DNA of 64,000 nt from Amoebophrya sp. A120 (lineage: Eukaryota; Protista; Dinoflagellata): positions 888,035 through 952,034 of the forward strand of contig CAJINV010000003.1 of the NCBI GenBank assembly GCA_905178155.1, written 5' to 3'. Below, piece by piece: positions 47,172-56,911 of the stretch; the stretch's first letter is position 1; every line of letters starts with the position of its first letter. A model generated the notes under the pieces. That model saw only the letters and a list, made by a program, of their open reading frames with translations. It was not told the DNA's origin and ran no database searches. Position numbers and translations under genes: made by a program.

Positions 47172-50100
47172 ATGTCGAAGGGCGCGGCAGAGGAGCCAGC
47201 GTCGGCCTCAACAGCTGGCGCTAAGACAAACTCGTCCACAACGATTGCAAATCCACCTGATCTCCCGACTATCGACGAGAACAGTACTGCACCGGTGGTC
47301 AGGAAACGGCTGGCGCCGAAACGCGGCGAAACACAGAACGACGAGGAGGAGCTCACGCCGGAGCAGCTGGCGGAGTACCAGCGACGCCAGAAAGCCGCCC
47401 GTCAGCGAAAAGTGTACCGCTCGGCGCTTTTTAAGGTCGGCGCATTCACGTTGATGGTGGTCGTGGCTTTGGGGGTGAAGTACGTGCAGGAATTCTTCAC
47501 AACCAAGTGGTGTGCGACGGTGTACGTGGACGAAAGCGCCGGGAGCTCAAGAACGTCTACTACTTCTGTGAACACGGACTTGTTTGTCCGCGTCGAAAGA
47601 GTGGACAACGAAGAGGACGGCGAGGCGCTGTGTCTGGACGAGACGGAATTCTTGGTGAAAATATCCACAGTAAATTTCCTGTACACGTACAAATGCGGTC
47701 TCTGCATGACAAAACTTCGCTCCGATCCTAGTTTAGCATGACAAGTTTTACATTCCATATTGCTGAAATTTGTGATGCATCTTGTTCTTGGCATGGTACG
47801 GAATAACAGCAGCTCCATCGTGATTGGCGTTTTTTCTCTACTTGAGCAAGAACTGCAACAACAACAAACAACACTCAACCGCTCAACTTCCGCAAAAGGA
47901 AGAACCTTCCTCGCAACTCATGAGAGGGGCCTTCTTGGTCTCCGGTCCTCGGTCCTCAGTCGCTCGCAAGGGAATACCTGAAGAGCTAAGAAGGTCGAAA
48001 GCTGAGACACATGAAAGGGAGTTTCTTGGTCTCCGGTCCTCGGTCCTCAGTCCCTCGCATGGTAATACATGACGAGATAAGAATGCAGAAAGCTGAGACA
48101 CATGAAAGGGGGTTTCTTGGTTTCCGGTCCTCGGTCCTCAGTCCCTCGCAAGGTAATACCTGACGAGATAAGAAGGTAGAAAGCTGAGACACATGAAAGG
48201 GGGTTTCTTGGTCTCCGGTCCTCGGTCCTCAGTCCCTCGCAAGGTAATATCTGACGAGATAAGAAGGTAGAAAGCTGAGACACATGAGAGGGGGTTTCTT
48301 GGTCTCCGGTCCTCGGTCCTCAGTCCCTCGCAAGGTAATGGCTGACGAGATAAGAAGGCAGAAAGCCCAGACACATAGGAGGGGGCTTGTTGGTCTCCCA
48401 TCCTCGGCCCCCAGTCCCTCGCGAGGCAATATATAAAGAGAGAAGAAAGGAGAAGGGGGACACACATGAGCGGGAGTCTGTTGGCCTCCGGTCCTCGGTC
48501 TGGACGCCCGCGAAAGTGCGGAGCTTTGTCGTGTGTTTTTTGTTATTTTTTCGCTCGCCAGTTACAGTTCTGGAGGAGCAAGTCGCTGGGGCCATGTCGG
48601 CCGCCATTGGAAGAATTCAGGCGCGAGCGCCCTTTTTCTTCTTCAGAGCTGTAGCACCGTTGAAGGCGATGGAGGTGCTATGAGCTGTCGCTGCGAAAAG
48701 CCGCCCGATTCTCTATGGCGAACGCACTCGATAAAGCTAGGGCCCCTGCGATCCTCCGGCGGCACACTCGGCCCAGCGTTGCTCCTCCTACGAAATCGCA
48801 GGCAGATCATCAACACCACCCCAATATGGCACCTCGTTCCTCTTCAAAAAAGCAGGAGTGCCGCAACAGTGGCAGCAGTCAATCAAGAGCGCTCTCGAAG
48901 GTCATTTTTGAGGATCTGCAGCGCTACGGTAGTAGCAGCCAGAAGAGCACCGCGGAGGAAATCAACCGCAATCGCGTTGGTTCTGAGGTCCTTCCCAAGC
49001 GAGCAGATCGGGAAGTTTAAAAGTGGCACCGTCGTCACAGCTTTGACGATCCCGATAATTAAATCAAGTTAAGAATCAGAAACAGGCAACACGGCATAAC
49101 GGGCGAGGTCCGGTCTCTAGAGTTATCCAAATGGATGGAGATGAAAGCAATGGGCCTTGAACATTTGACGCCATGCCCAGGCACGAGAGAAAAAAAGCGA
49201 GAAAGCTCTCCAAGCCAGGCGATCGGCCATTTGTTTTCCGTGGAAGTATTCTTCTGGGCTTGTCAAGTATCAGGCTCCTGCTTCAGCAGCAGCACCCTGC
49301 GGGCTTTACTACGGCTCTTACGAAGCGAAAGGGCCGAGCTGTCGCGGTTTGAGCAATGCCGTCGAGCAAGATAATAAGAGGGATTATGTTGGCGGATTGC
49401 AGTTCACTTCTCGGCTTTCTGCAATGTGCAGAGCGGAGCGCTCCCATCCTTTACAGCAAGTCCGCTACTTGCTCCAATATGACACAGATTGAGATAGTGA
49501 GAAGATCAACGCACCCTCCCACTTCAGACCAATTCGGCGCAGAAGATCAGCACCGCCTTCAAATGCATCCAGATCCGTTTTCTTATTCTACGACTTTCAT
49601 CCACCACGCAAGCCGGTTTTTTTTCATTTCCCAAAACCAAAGCAGGACAGGGAAGCTGATAGACTCACTTACAGCCCAGACCTCACAGCTCGGCGCATCA
49701 TCATCAGAACGCGCACGATCGGAGGCGGCGGAATTGTGGACGCAGATGTCAGGGCGAAAGTATATCTCCTCCCAAGTTGTTGACTAGTAGATTGCTTCCG
49801 AGGTGGCCCCTTTTCATTTCTACTCCGCCGACACTGGCAAAGAAAAGCGTAGAAGTGGAGCGAAGTGACTACGTGCGATCGAGTGAGAGAGCGAAACGGA
49901 CTGACTATGTGCGAAGAACAGCCCAGGAACAAAGGCCGCGACTATGTGCGAAGGAGTGGGAGACAGCGAGTCTAAGTGGGTAGCAAGCGAGTCGGGCACT
50001 GCCCTACTCGCCTGCCTGATGTCTTTCCGCAGCGCTCGCAGTCGAACTCTCGGCCAAGTTGGTCCGTCGCTGTTTTGACGCGACGGAACGAAGCAGAGGA

Positions 50101-53100
50101 CGCGCGCGAGACAGCGTCACTAGTCGGCTTCACTTGCCGGGCAAGCTTTCCCAAACCGACACTGGCTAAAGCGTAGAAGTGAAGCGAGGCGACTCTGAGC
50201 GAAAGAGTGGGCGAAGTGAAGCGACTACGTGCGAAGCACAGCCCCGGATCAAAGAGCGTGGCGGTGTGCGGCGATTTCTCGCCGTTTTGAGTTTGACGCG
50301 ACGGAGCCGAACGAGGTGGGCAGTTCCATTTGGGCGCCTTCTTGTGCCACCATCGTCGCCGGTGTGTGATGATGGTGCTGGTGTACATATGTCGAGCAAG
50401 AGAAGATCTCTCTTGCCACTCATGTCACAAAGAAACTCGGGCGCGCCGCGCAGATGTCGGCCAACGGCGCTCGCGTATATCGGTCACCGACCGGCTGAGA
50501 AGGCCGGCGATGTCTTTTGAGTTCGGTCCTTGGTGTACTTTTACACGAAGAAACTGCGCGCGCATTTGAATGTGGCAGGAGTTTCCGAAAGTCGGCGCGC
50601 CTATAAATACCTAGTGCCGCGCGGGGAAAACCTGTCCAAAAGCGTGCGCTCGTGTGCCGTAGCCCGAGCGCAGCGCCATCATCATCAAAATGCGGCAGGT
50701 TTTTTTCCAGCAAGCGGCGGCCTACAACGCTCCGGAGATTTCCTGCAAGCTACGGAGGCAGGCGGCAGGCAGGTAAGTTCCCTCGCGTGCAGCGACACGA
50801 GTATCAGCATCGCCTTGCTTCGCCACCTTTTGCTTTTTGCGGGGCCGCAGAAATGCTCGCCAACGGCCAACCCACGCACTCGCTGCGGGTCGCGCGGTGC
50901 TGTGATTTCACAGGAGGAGGCCCTGGCGCTGCTGCGCGTCTGTGTCGCTACTGGATCGATGTCATCAAGGATGTGCGGCTACTTGCTCCACATGAGTGAT
51001 GGCGTATCTATATGCGCGCGGGCTACTGACTGGCAAAATGCAGCCTTTTTTCGTAAGAGAACGCCACCCCCTTCGCTTCGTTCCAGCGCGCAAACTTTGG
51101 GCCATTTTGTAAGATTTCAGCTCTTTCCTACACTAAGAACGCAACACAGTCCGGCCAAATGGGCTCGCGCGCTGACAAGCCTGCCGGGCCGGGAGGGTAT
51201 TTGCCTGCCGCTCGCCGGACGTCGTGTCGTACCAACGGGCCGCCCGCCGCTGGCCAGACGGTGAACAACCAGGGACCACATTAGCAACGCTAGCAGCGCA
51301 GCCGAAAGGGGGGCGAAGCAAGCAGTTTTCAGCTACACGGGCCGGCTTTCGTCAGCGGCGGCATGGATGTCGTTGCGCACGAGGTCCCCCGGGGGGGGGT
51401 GCCGAAAGAGGCCGGCGCGTTTTTTTTTCGTTTTCCCATCCGGCCCGGCGGTGGGCAGTTGGCTACCCCTCGCAAGGGCCCTGAAGGTGGCAGCGGAGGG
51501 GGAACCAACGCCATCAGAGGAGAAGCGACGCGAGCTCGGCATGATCGCGCCGTCGGTCGAGAAAGATCTCTGGGCGCGCAAAACGGGCTGTATCCGGGCG
51601 CTGTAGCTGTACTGTAATAACAGAGCGGATGGAGGTCGACTTCTCAGACACAGCGGCATCGGCTTCGGAGCCACATGCGCCGGCGCAAAAGTGGGAACGC
51701 CAGTCGGCCCGCGTCTGGGACGGCAGCACAGCGGCTCGCGGAGTCTGTCGATGTGCTGCGAATCGCTGCAGCGGGCCAGCACTTTGCGAGGGAGGTACTA
51801 GCAACACCGGCGGGCCGGCTACCGGGACCGGAGGCCACAAACCTCCCTCATATGTGTCTGTTGTTTCTCCCTTCTTGTCCCGTCGCGTATTAATTGCCCC
51901 CAGATGAACTGAGGCCCGAGGACCGGAGACCATCGGCCTCCTTCTTATGTGTCTGGCGCTTTTGCCTTCTTATCTCGTCATATATTACCTCGTGACGAAG
52001 TGGGGACCGAGGACCGGAGACCAACAACCTCCTTCTTATGTGTCTGGCGCTTCTACCTTCTTATCGCGTCAAATATTACCTCGCGATGGAGTGAGGACCG
52101 AGGACCGGAGACCACCAGCCTCCTTCTTATGTGTCTGGTGTTTCTCCCTTCTTGTCTCCTCATATATTACCTCGTGATGGAATGAGGACCGAGGACCGGA
52201 GACCAACAACCTCCTTCTTATGTGTCTGGTGCTTCTCCCTTCTTATCTCCTCAAATATTACCTCGTGATGGAGTGAGGACCGAGGACCGGAGACCAACAA
52301 CCTCCTCTTTATGTGTGTCAAGTGTCTGCCATTTTATGTAGTGCGTTGCTCTACATGAGATTCCTTTAGGATCTTCTGTCGTTACTTTTTCAATTCCTTT
52401 TAGAGCACAAACACGAAACACGATGGAGCTGCTGTTATTCCGTGCCATGCCTTGTTCTTGTACATGTTGTACGGAAAATTTGTATTCCATAGAAAAACGC
52501 CAAAGCGTATCACGGACCAGCGTTCCTCGCGGATAAGGTGGTGCTCGACAAAATCGTGCAGGAGACCGCAAACGACGTCGACGCGGTGGTGGTCTCCGGT
52601 ATTCACCTGAAAGAGTGCGCAGCGGCGGCAATGCGCGCAGACCTGAACGCGGCGGAGAAAGCCGCGGCCTGCCGCACCGGAAATTTGGCGCAGGCAGTCG
52701 TGCTCTGCCACGGAAAGAGGCCAAGTATAATCTCAGTCTCACTGCAGCTTTTTTATCATTTGAAAGAAGCACGTGTATGCTACGACACTCGATACCGCTG
52801 TCGTTTTGCGCATTCTCTCGCGGCCGACACGGAACCCGAAAAAGTCTTCCTAAGTTGTCTCGTGACTATCACTATTTATCCAAGAAAAAAAAACTCCAGG
52901 ACTCCTGTCCTAAGTTGTCGTCGTCCTTACTTCGGAAAAAATGAAAACTACCTTTACAAACAGCGGCCGAGTGGGCACATCAGCGCATCAGTGACATTTA
53001 CCGGGACCACCGGATCAACCACTGGCTGCACATTGACATCGATTGGCGTAGCGACCCCGACCTGGTCGCCGATGTTGGGCGGTCAAAAGTTGAACTCGCG

Positions 53101-53856
53101 ACGCAGTACAAGCTCGTCTTCGCGCGCCGGTGTTATCCAAGAAAAAACACCCATCCCCATACAATTTGTCATGCAAAACATGCATCAAATCCACTATTTG
53201 TCATGCAAAAAATGGATGGGGATGGGTGTTTTTTCCTCGATAAGTGTCCGCTCGAGGCTATGGTCACTCCGGATTACCTCGGGCGACCCAGCGGAGGCAA
53301 GAAACCCACAGCCGCAAACACAGCGGTGTCAAAGGCCGACAGTGTCAGCGCAGCGCCGATCAAGTTTGTCCCGAACGCGAGGAAGTGGATTTCCTATGTG
53401 ACAGTGAAGAAAGCAGCAGATGTTGATGGTGCCGAAGTTGTTGACCATGCAGAACTCCAACCTGCGTCCATCGCTGCGATGATGCAACCCCGCAAGCTGA
53501 GCGACGCCGGAGAGCTACAGCCGGAAATCTACACGAAGCCCAAGCTGGTGATCGACAACTTGCTGTGGCTGGCCTGGAGGTTCGATTTCGACCCAGTCGC
53601 CTGGGTCAACAAGGAATTCCACCGCAATAAGACGGCAGAAGTGGCGAACGGGAACGGCACGCCTCGCTTCCACCTGCTCCGCTTCAACCTAGAGACCATG
53701 GAATTCGGAGACTGGAGTGAGGAATGGTTTTCCCAGAAAAAGACAGAATTAAACGCTGCCACGCAGGACGCGACAGACGTCGCAAAAGTCGAGTCAATAA
53801 AGGAAGAATGGGGCTGGACCCTTGACAGTTGGGCGGCAGCTATTGTCTACATTTGA
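47172..53856 (+). CDS. Hypothetical single-pass membrane protein, exons 47172-47661, 52497-52724, 52964-53133, 53248-53856
   Basis: TM segment VGAFTLMVVVALGV. Removing 4835 nt between the gaaaa repeats joins EFLVK-NAKAYHGPAFLADKVVLDK in frame. Further joins use GT-AG intron 52725-52963 and the element at 53134. Confidence 0.7.
47915..48500 (+). repeat. Left subterminal tandem array, 91-bp unit, about 7 copies
   Basis: gctgagacacatga recurs at 48001, 48092, 48183 and 48274. Core sequence is tctccggtcctcggtcctcag. Confidence 0.95.
51820..52320 (-). repeat. Right subterminal tandem array, 91-bp unit, about 6 copies, inverted relative to the left array
   Basis: gaccggagacca recurs at 51921, 52012, 52103, 52194 and 52285, and is the reverse complement of the left-array core. 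Confidence 0.95.
53134..53242. mobile_element. Intronic TIR element, singleton, shortest (109 nt)
   Basis: tatccaagaaaaaacacccatcccca ... tggggatgggtgttttttcctcgata. Flanks are ggtgt/agtgt. Two tttgtcatgc motifs. The removed length is 114 nt, in frame and stop-free. Confidence 0.85.
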
Positions 53857-54170
53857 TTTTTATGTAGTTCCGGTTGCCTGGCGTTGTCGTCCTCGCAAAA
53901 AGAAAAAAGCGACAAAAAAATCTCTGATGTACCGCTCGCGCGGACGGCGCACAAAATGTGCATTTTCATCGAGAGTTCTGGAGTGTGTTCTTGTTGGGCC
54001 CTCAGGGTTCTTTCATACACCCGCATGCCATGTCAGATTCTTCCTCGTCCTCCTTTATGATATCTCGATGAGGTTTTCCTTTTCGTTTTTCTTCGTATAA
54101 GTGATATCACCTTCGCCATCGGACTCGGAAAGAGTGGATACTAGCCCTAGCCGTAACTATTTCTGCCGAA

Positions 54171-56477
54171 ATGAGAATGTTTTTCACATCACAGCGAACA
54201 ATTTGCCATTTTTCGAGGGTCTTCGCGGTCGCGCACTGTAGTTTCGTCGTGTTCCTTCTTGGTGGAAGAACAGGCTTCCCTCCCGGAGCCCCCGTCGAAG
54301 CAACGCCCTTGACGGAGCGACCGCGATGCTTCACACGGGTTGTGGTGACACCGTCCAAAAACGCGAGCGCCCGCTCTGTGTGGATCCCAATCATCAGCCA
54401 AGAAGGTGCAGTCCCACAACAAGATGATGCGCAACAAGGTTCCTGTCCAAAAGCAGCGGCAGCGTTTGCCTCCCAACTTTTGCAGGACTATGGAGCCGGA
54501 CACGTACGCCTCCACTCCGGTCTGAATTTGACGCAGGAACTGGACATCCTATTCGATGGCATTAGTACACACAGTACGGACCAGCAAACTGGACAAGACC
54601 GTGCCACATCCGCCACCTACTTTGACGTTCCACATACGCACTTACGTGGCGACCCGGGCGGGCCACCATTCGGATCCGGTGAGGACGCGGGCGGAGCTGA
54701 AGCAAAAAGTGGGCCGGTCGCAGCTGGTGTCCCGTACGAGGCCCCAAGCGAACAGATTCCCATTTCTGTACCCTTGAAAACAATCATGACAGCACAACAT
54801 GAAGCGACGCAAAATGGCGACCACGACGTCCCGCTTTATTTGCCACGACTGAGAATCGAAAGCTACTCGTCCCGCGAGAAGACCAAACTGCACGTCTTCA
54901 CCTACGGAGACATGTTGAACTCTTACCTGTGCGTCCTGTCCAGGCTGGTGCAACAACTCAACGGCGGGCGTCTCAATGTCCTCGGCGGTAGCAAGCTCCG
55001 GCGTCATAGCGACGAAGTCCTCGCCGCGCACGAACAGGGCGGCAACGCTGCGGGACTGGATTTTAACATTCGCGGTAGCAAGCTGGAGCAGGCCAGTCGC
55101 TTGTTTAGACATCTCACGGGAAGCGAGTTTGAAAGAAAAAGCAAGAGTGCCCCTACTTCAAATAAAGAAAGCAGAGAGAAAGAGTTTCTCGCCCCGGACG
55201 ATGTCATTCTGCTGTCGGACGGGTTCGACGTTTTCGCGCAGAGGGATCTGCAGGGTCTGAAAGATACCTATTTTGACCTGGATTCTTCCGGCGGCGTCGT
55301 GTACTACGGCGGAGAAAAGAACTGCTGGCCAACACCACACCACAACATCACCGAGGCAGACTTTGAGCGTCGCAACTGCCTGGTAGAACGCCGATGCCCC
55401 TACGATAACCAGCGCGGCCCGTGGCGACTGTATTACCACTTTCCTGAGGAGGACACGCCGCCAGGTGATGCAGCTGCAACGCGACCAAGTGCTGAAGACC
55501 GGCTCACAAAGTCCTCAAAAGAAGAGGAACATCAACATGTCCAAGATCAGCATAACCCTTACACGCACAAAAGCGGCGGCAGACTGAGTGTGCTAGGAAA
55601 GGACTTGTGCGTCCAAAACTTGAACAAGTACAGCCCGCCGGGCACGGAAACGACGAACCGTTTTCCCTTTCTCAACGCGGGGCTGTCAATCGGCACGGTG
55701 CACGCCATTCAGAAACTATCGCGCCGCCTGTTTCAGCTCTACAAGGAGACCAAGCAGCTCGACGACCAAGCGCTGCTTCTCGTCCTCGCGCTTGAGGAAC
55801 ATTTTGTCCGCGTTGAGCCGACCGGAAAACTCTTCTACAACGCGCACGGGTATGGTTCCGGCGACTTTGCCGATCCGGACCAGGAACTGTGCACGGGCGG
55901 CTACCTCCTGAAAGACGAAGGCGGTCCGGCGGCGAGCGTTGAAGACAGCAAGACGAAGATGAACAGTGGCGCGCAGCACTCACCGGCGCTGTTGTTCGGT
56001 GGGGCGAAGCGAGCGGGACGCGAATCAGTGCCAGAAAAAGGAGCGTCAGAGTTGCAGGTGACCAACTTGGCCAGCAAGCCCCAGGCTTCCTTCCTCGTGC
56101 ATTTCAACGGACGTGGTCGTTGGTACATGCAGCGGTGTCGAGAGTTTTTCTTTTCCTTTGGGCTCGGAACCTGGAAGGGCGAAGCAGTTTCGCGAATACC
56201 GCACGAGGATCATATGGGTGCGTCATCTAGTACTGCGGGCGAGGACCACGACCAGGCGGGTAGCGCCGCTCCTGTGGCGCAACCCGCGACACAAACTACA
56301 AGTAGAGATCAATCCCCACCACATCCACAACTAGAGACTGACCACTCGTATTGCAGACTTTTCGACTACGAAAATTACGAGTATTTCGACGATCGAGTGC
56401 TCTGGGGCGAGGAGACCGTGTTTGCGATCAACTTTCAAGCAGAAAAGGCCGAAAGTGAGCATCAGTACTCGCTGTAA
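54171..56477 (+). CDS. PLOD/procollagen-glycosyltransferase-like GT-A protein (768 aa)
   Basis: DDVILLSDGFDVF (DxD), YGGEKNCWP, FLNAGLSIG, DDQ and HFNG match the PLOD N-terminal GT domain pattern. There is a hydrophobic N-terminal segment. Confidence 0.75.
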   Translation: MRMFFTSQRTICHFSRVFAVAHCSFVVFLLGGRTGFPPGAPVEATPLTERPRCFTRVVVTPSKNASARSVWIPIISQEGAVPQQDDAQQGSCPKAAAAFASQLLQDYGAGHVRLHSGLNLTQELDILFDGISTHSTDQQTGQDRATSATYFDVPHTHLRGDPGGPPFGSGEDAGGAEAKSGPVAAGVPYEAPSEQIPISVPLKTIMTAQHEATQNGDHDVPLYLPRLRIESYSSREKTKLHVFTYGDMLNSYLCVLSRLVQQLNGGRLNVLGGSKLRRHSDEVLAAHEQGGNAAGLDFNIRGSKLEQASRLFRHLTGSEFERKSKSAPTSNKESREKEFLAPDDVILLSDGFDVFAQRDLQGLKDTYFDLDSSGGVVYYGGEKNCWPTPHHNITEADFERRNCLVERRCPYDNQRGPWRLYYHFPEEDTPPGDAAATRPSAEDRLTKSSKEEEHQHVQDQHNPYTHKSGGRLSVLGKDLCVQNLNKYSPPGTETTNRFPFLNAGLSIGTVHAIQKLSRRLFQLYKETKQLDDQALLLVLALEEHFVRVEPTGKLFYNAHGYGSGDFADPDQELCTGGYLLKDEGGPAASVEDSKTKMNSGAQHSPALLFGGAKRAGRESVPEKGASELQVTNLASKPQASFLVHFNGRGRWYMQRCREFFFSFGLGTWKGEAVSRIPHEDHMGASSSTAGEDHDQAGSAAPVAQPATQTTSRDQSPPHPQLETDHSYCRLFDYENYEYFDDRVLWGEETVFAINFQAEKAESEHQYSL

Positions 56478-56911
56478 ATAACAGCAAACTTATCGTATTC
56501 AGGACGACGAGGGCTGCACATTGCTACGCATACGCAGCTAGAGAAAAGATTTTGATTTTCATCCGAATAAAATTCGAAAGTTGTGTTGTCCGGCTGGCTC
56601 GGGCATCTTCATCTCCTCGTGAATTTCATACACACCGTCTCGTCGCAACTCGTGTATTAGATGTCGCATTTCGAAGTGCGTTAACTGAGTGTGGCGAGAG
56701 TCCATTTTTGAAAAATCGAAACCGCTGGTTGACTCGGAGACATCGAAGCTGCGGAAAAGTCGCATGGTTCGTAATGCGGGTCGTGGAATCGATGTACATT
56801 GTTGCGTTTTTCGTTTCTTTGGCGCACACCTCCAGTGATTGAACGTTTCTTGATGCTGAAGTAAAGCAAAAGCACTTGAACCACCTCTTGGAAAAAAAAC
56901 CTCTCACAATC

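Larger units (their letters stand above)
47791..52450. mobile_element. 4.66-kb TIR DNA transposon, probably non-autonomous or decayed
   Basis: 32-nt TIR gcatggtacggaataacagcagctccatcgtg with 1 mismatch. Target duplication cttgttcttg at 47781-90 and 52451-60, alternatively read as 8 bp ttgttctt with GG..CC termini. Subterminal 91-bp arrays are inverted. No transposase recognised. Confidence 0.88.
47662..52491. mobile_element. Intronic TIR element, family D, split by a nested transposon
   Basis: 47662-47790 and 52451-52491 together match the 32948-33098 element. Ends are tatc...cata with exact gaaaa repeats at 47657-61 and 52492-96. Confidence 0.9.

Noticed and set aside
48533-51933. ORFs inside the large transposon as a transposase
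   Set aside because: They are short, overlapping and Arg/Ala-rich. I could not recognise DDE or other catalytic motifs in the frames I read.
47915-52320. 91-bp arrays as CRISPR arrays
   Set aside because: Whole units repeat with no unique spacers, there are no cas genes, the context is eukaryotic, and the arrays are the inverted arms of a TIR element.
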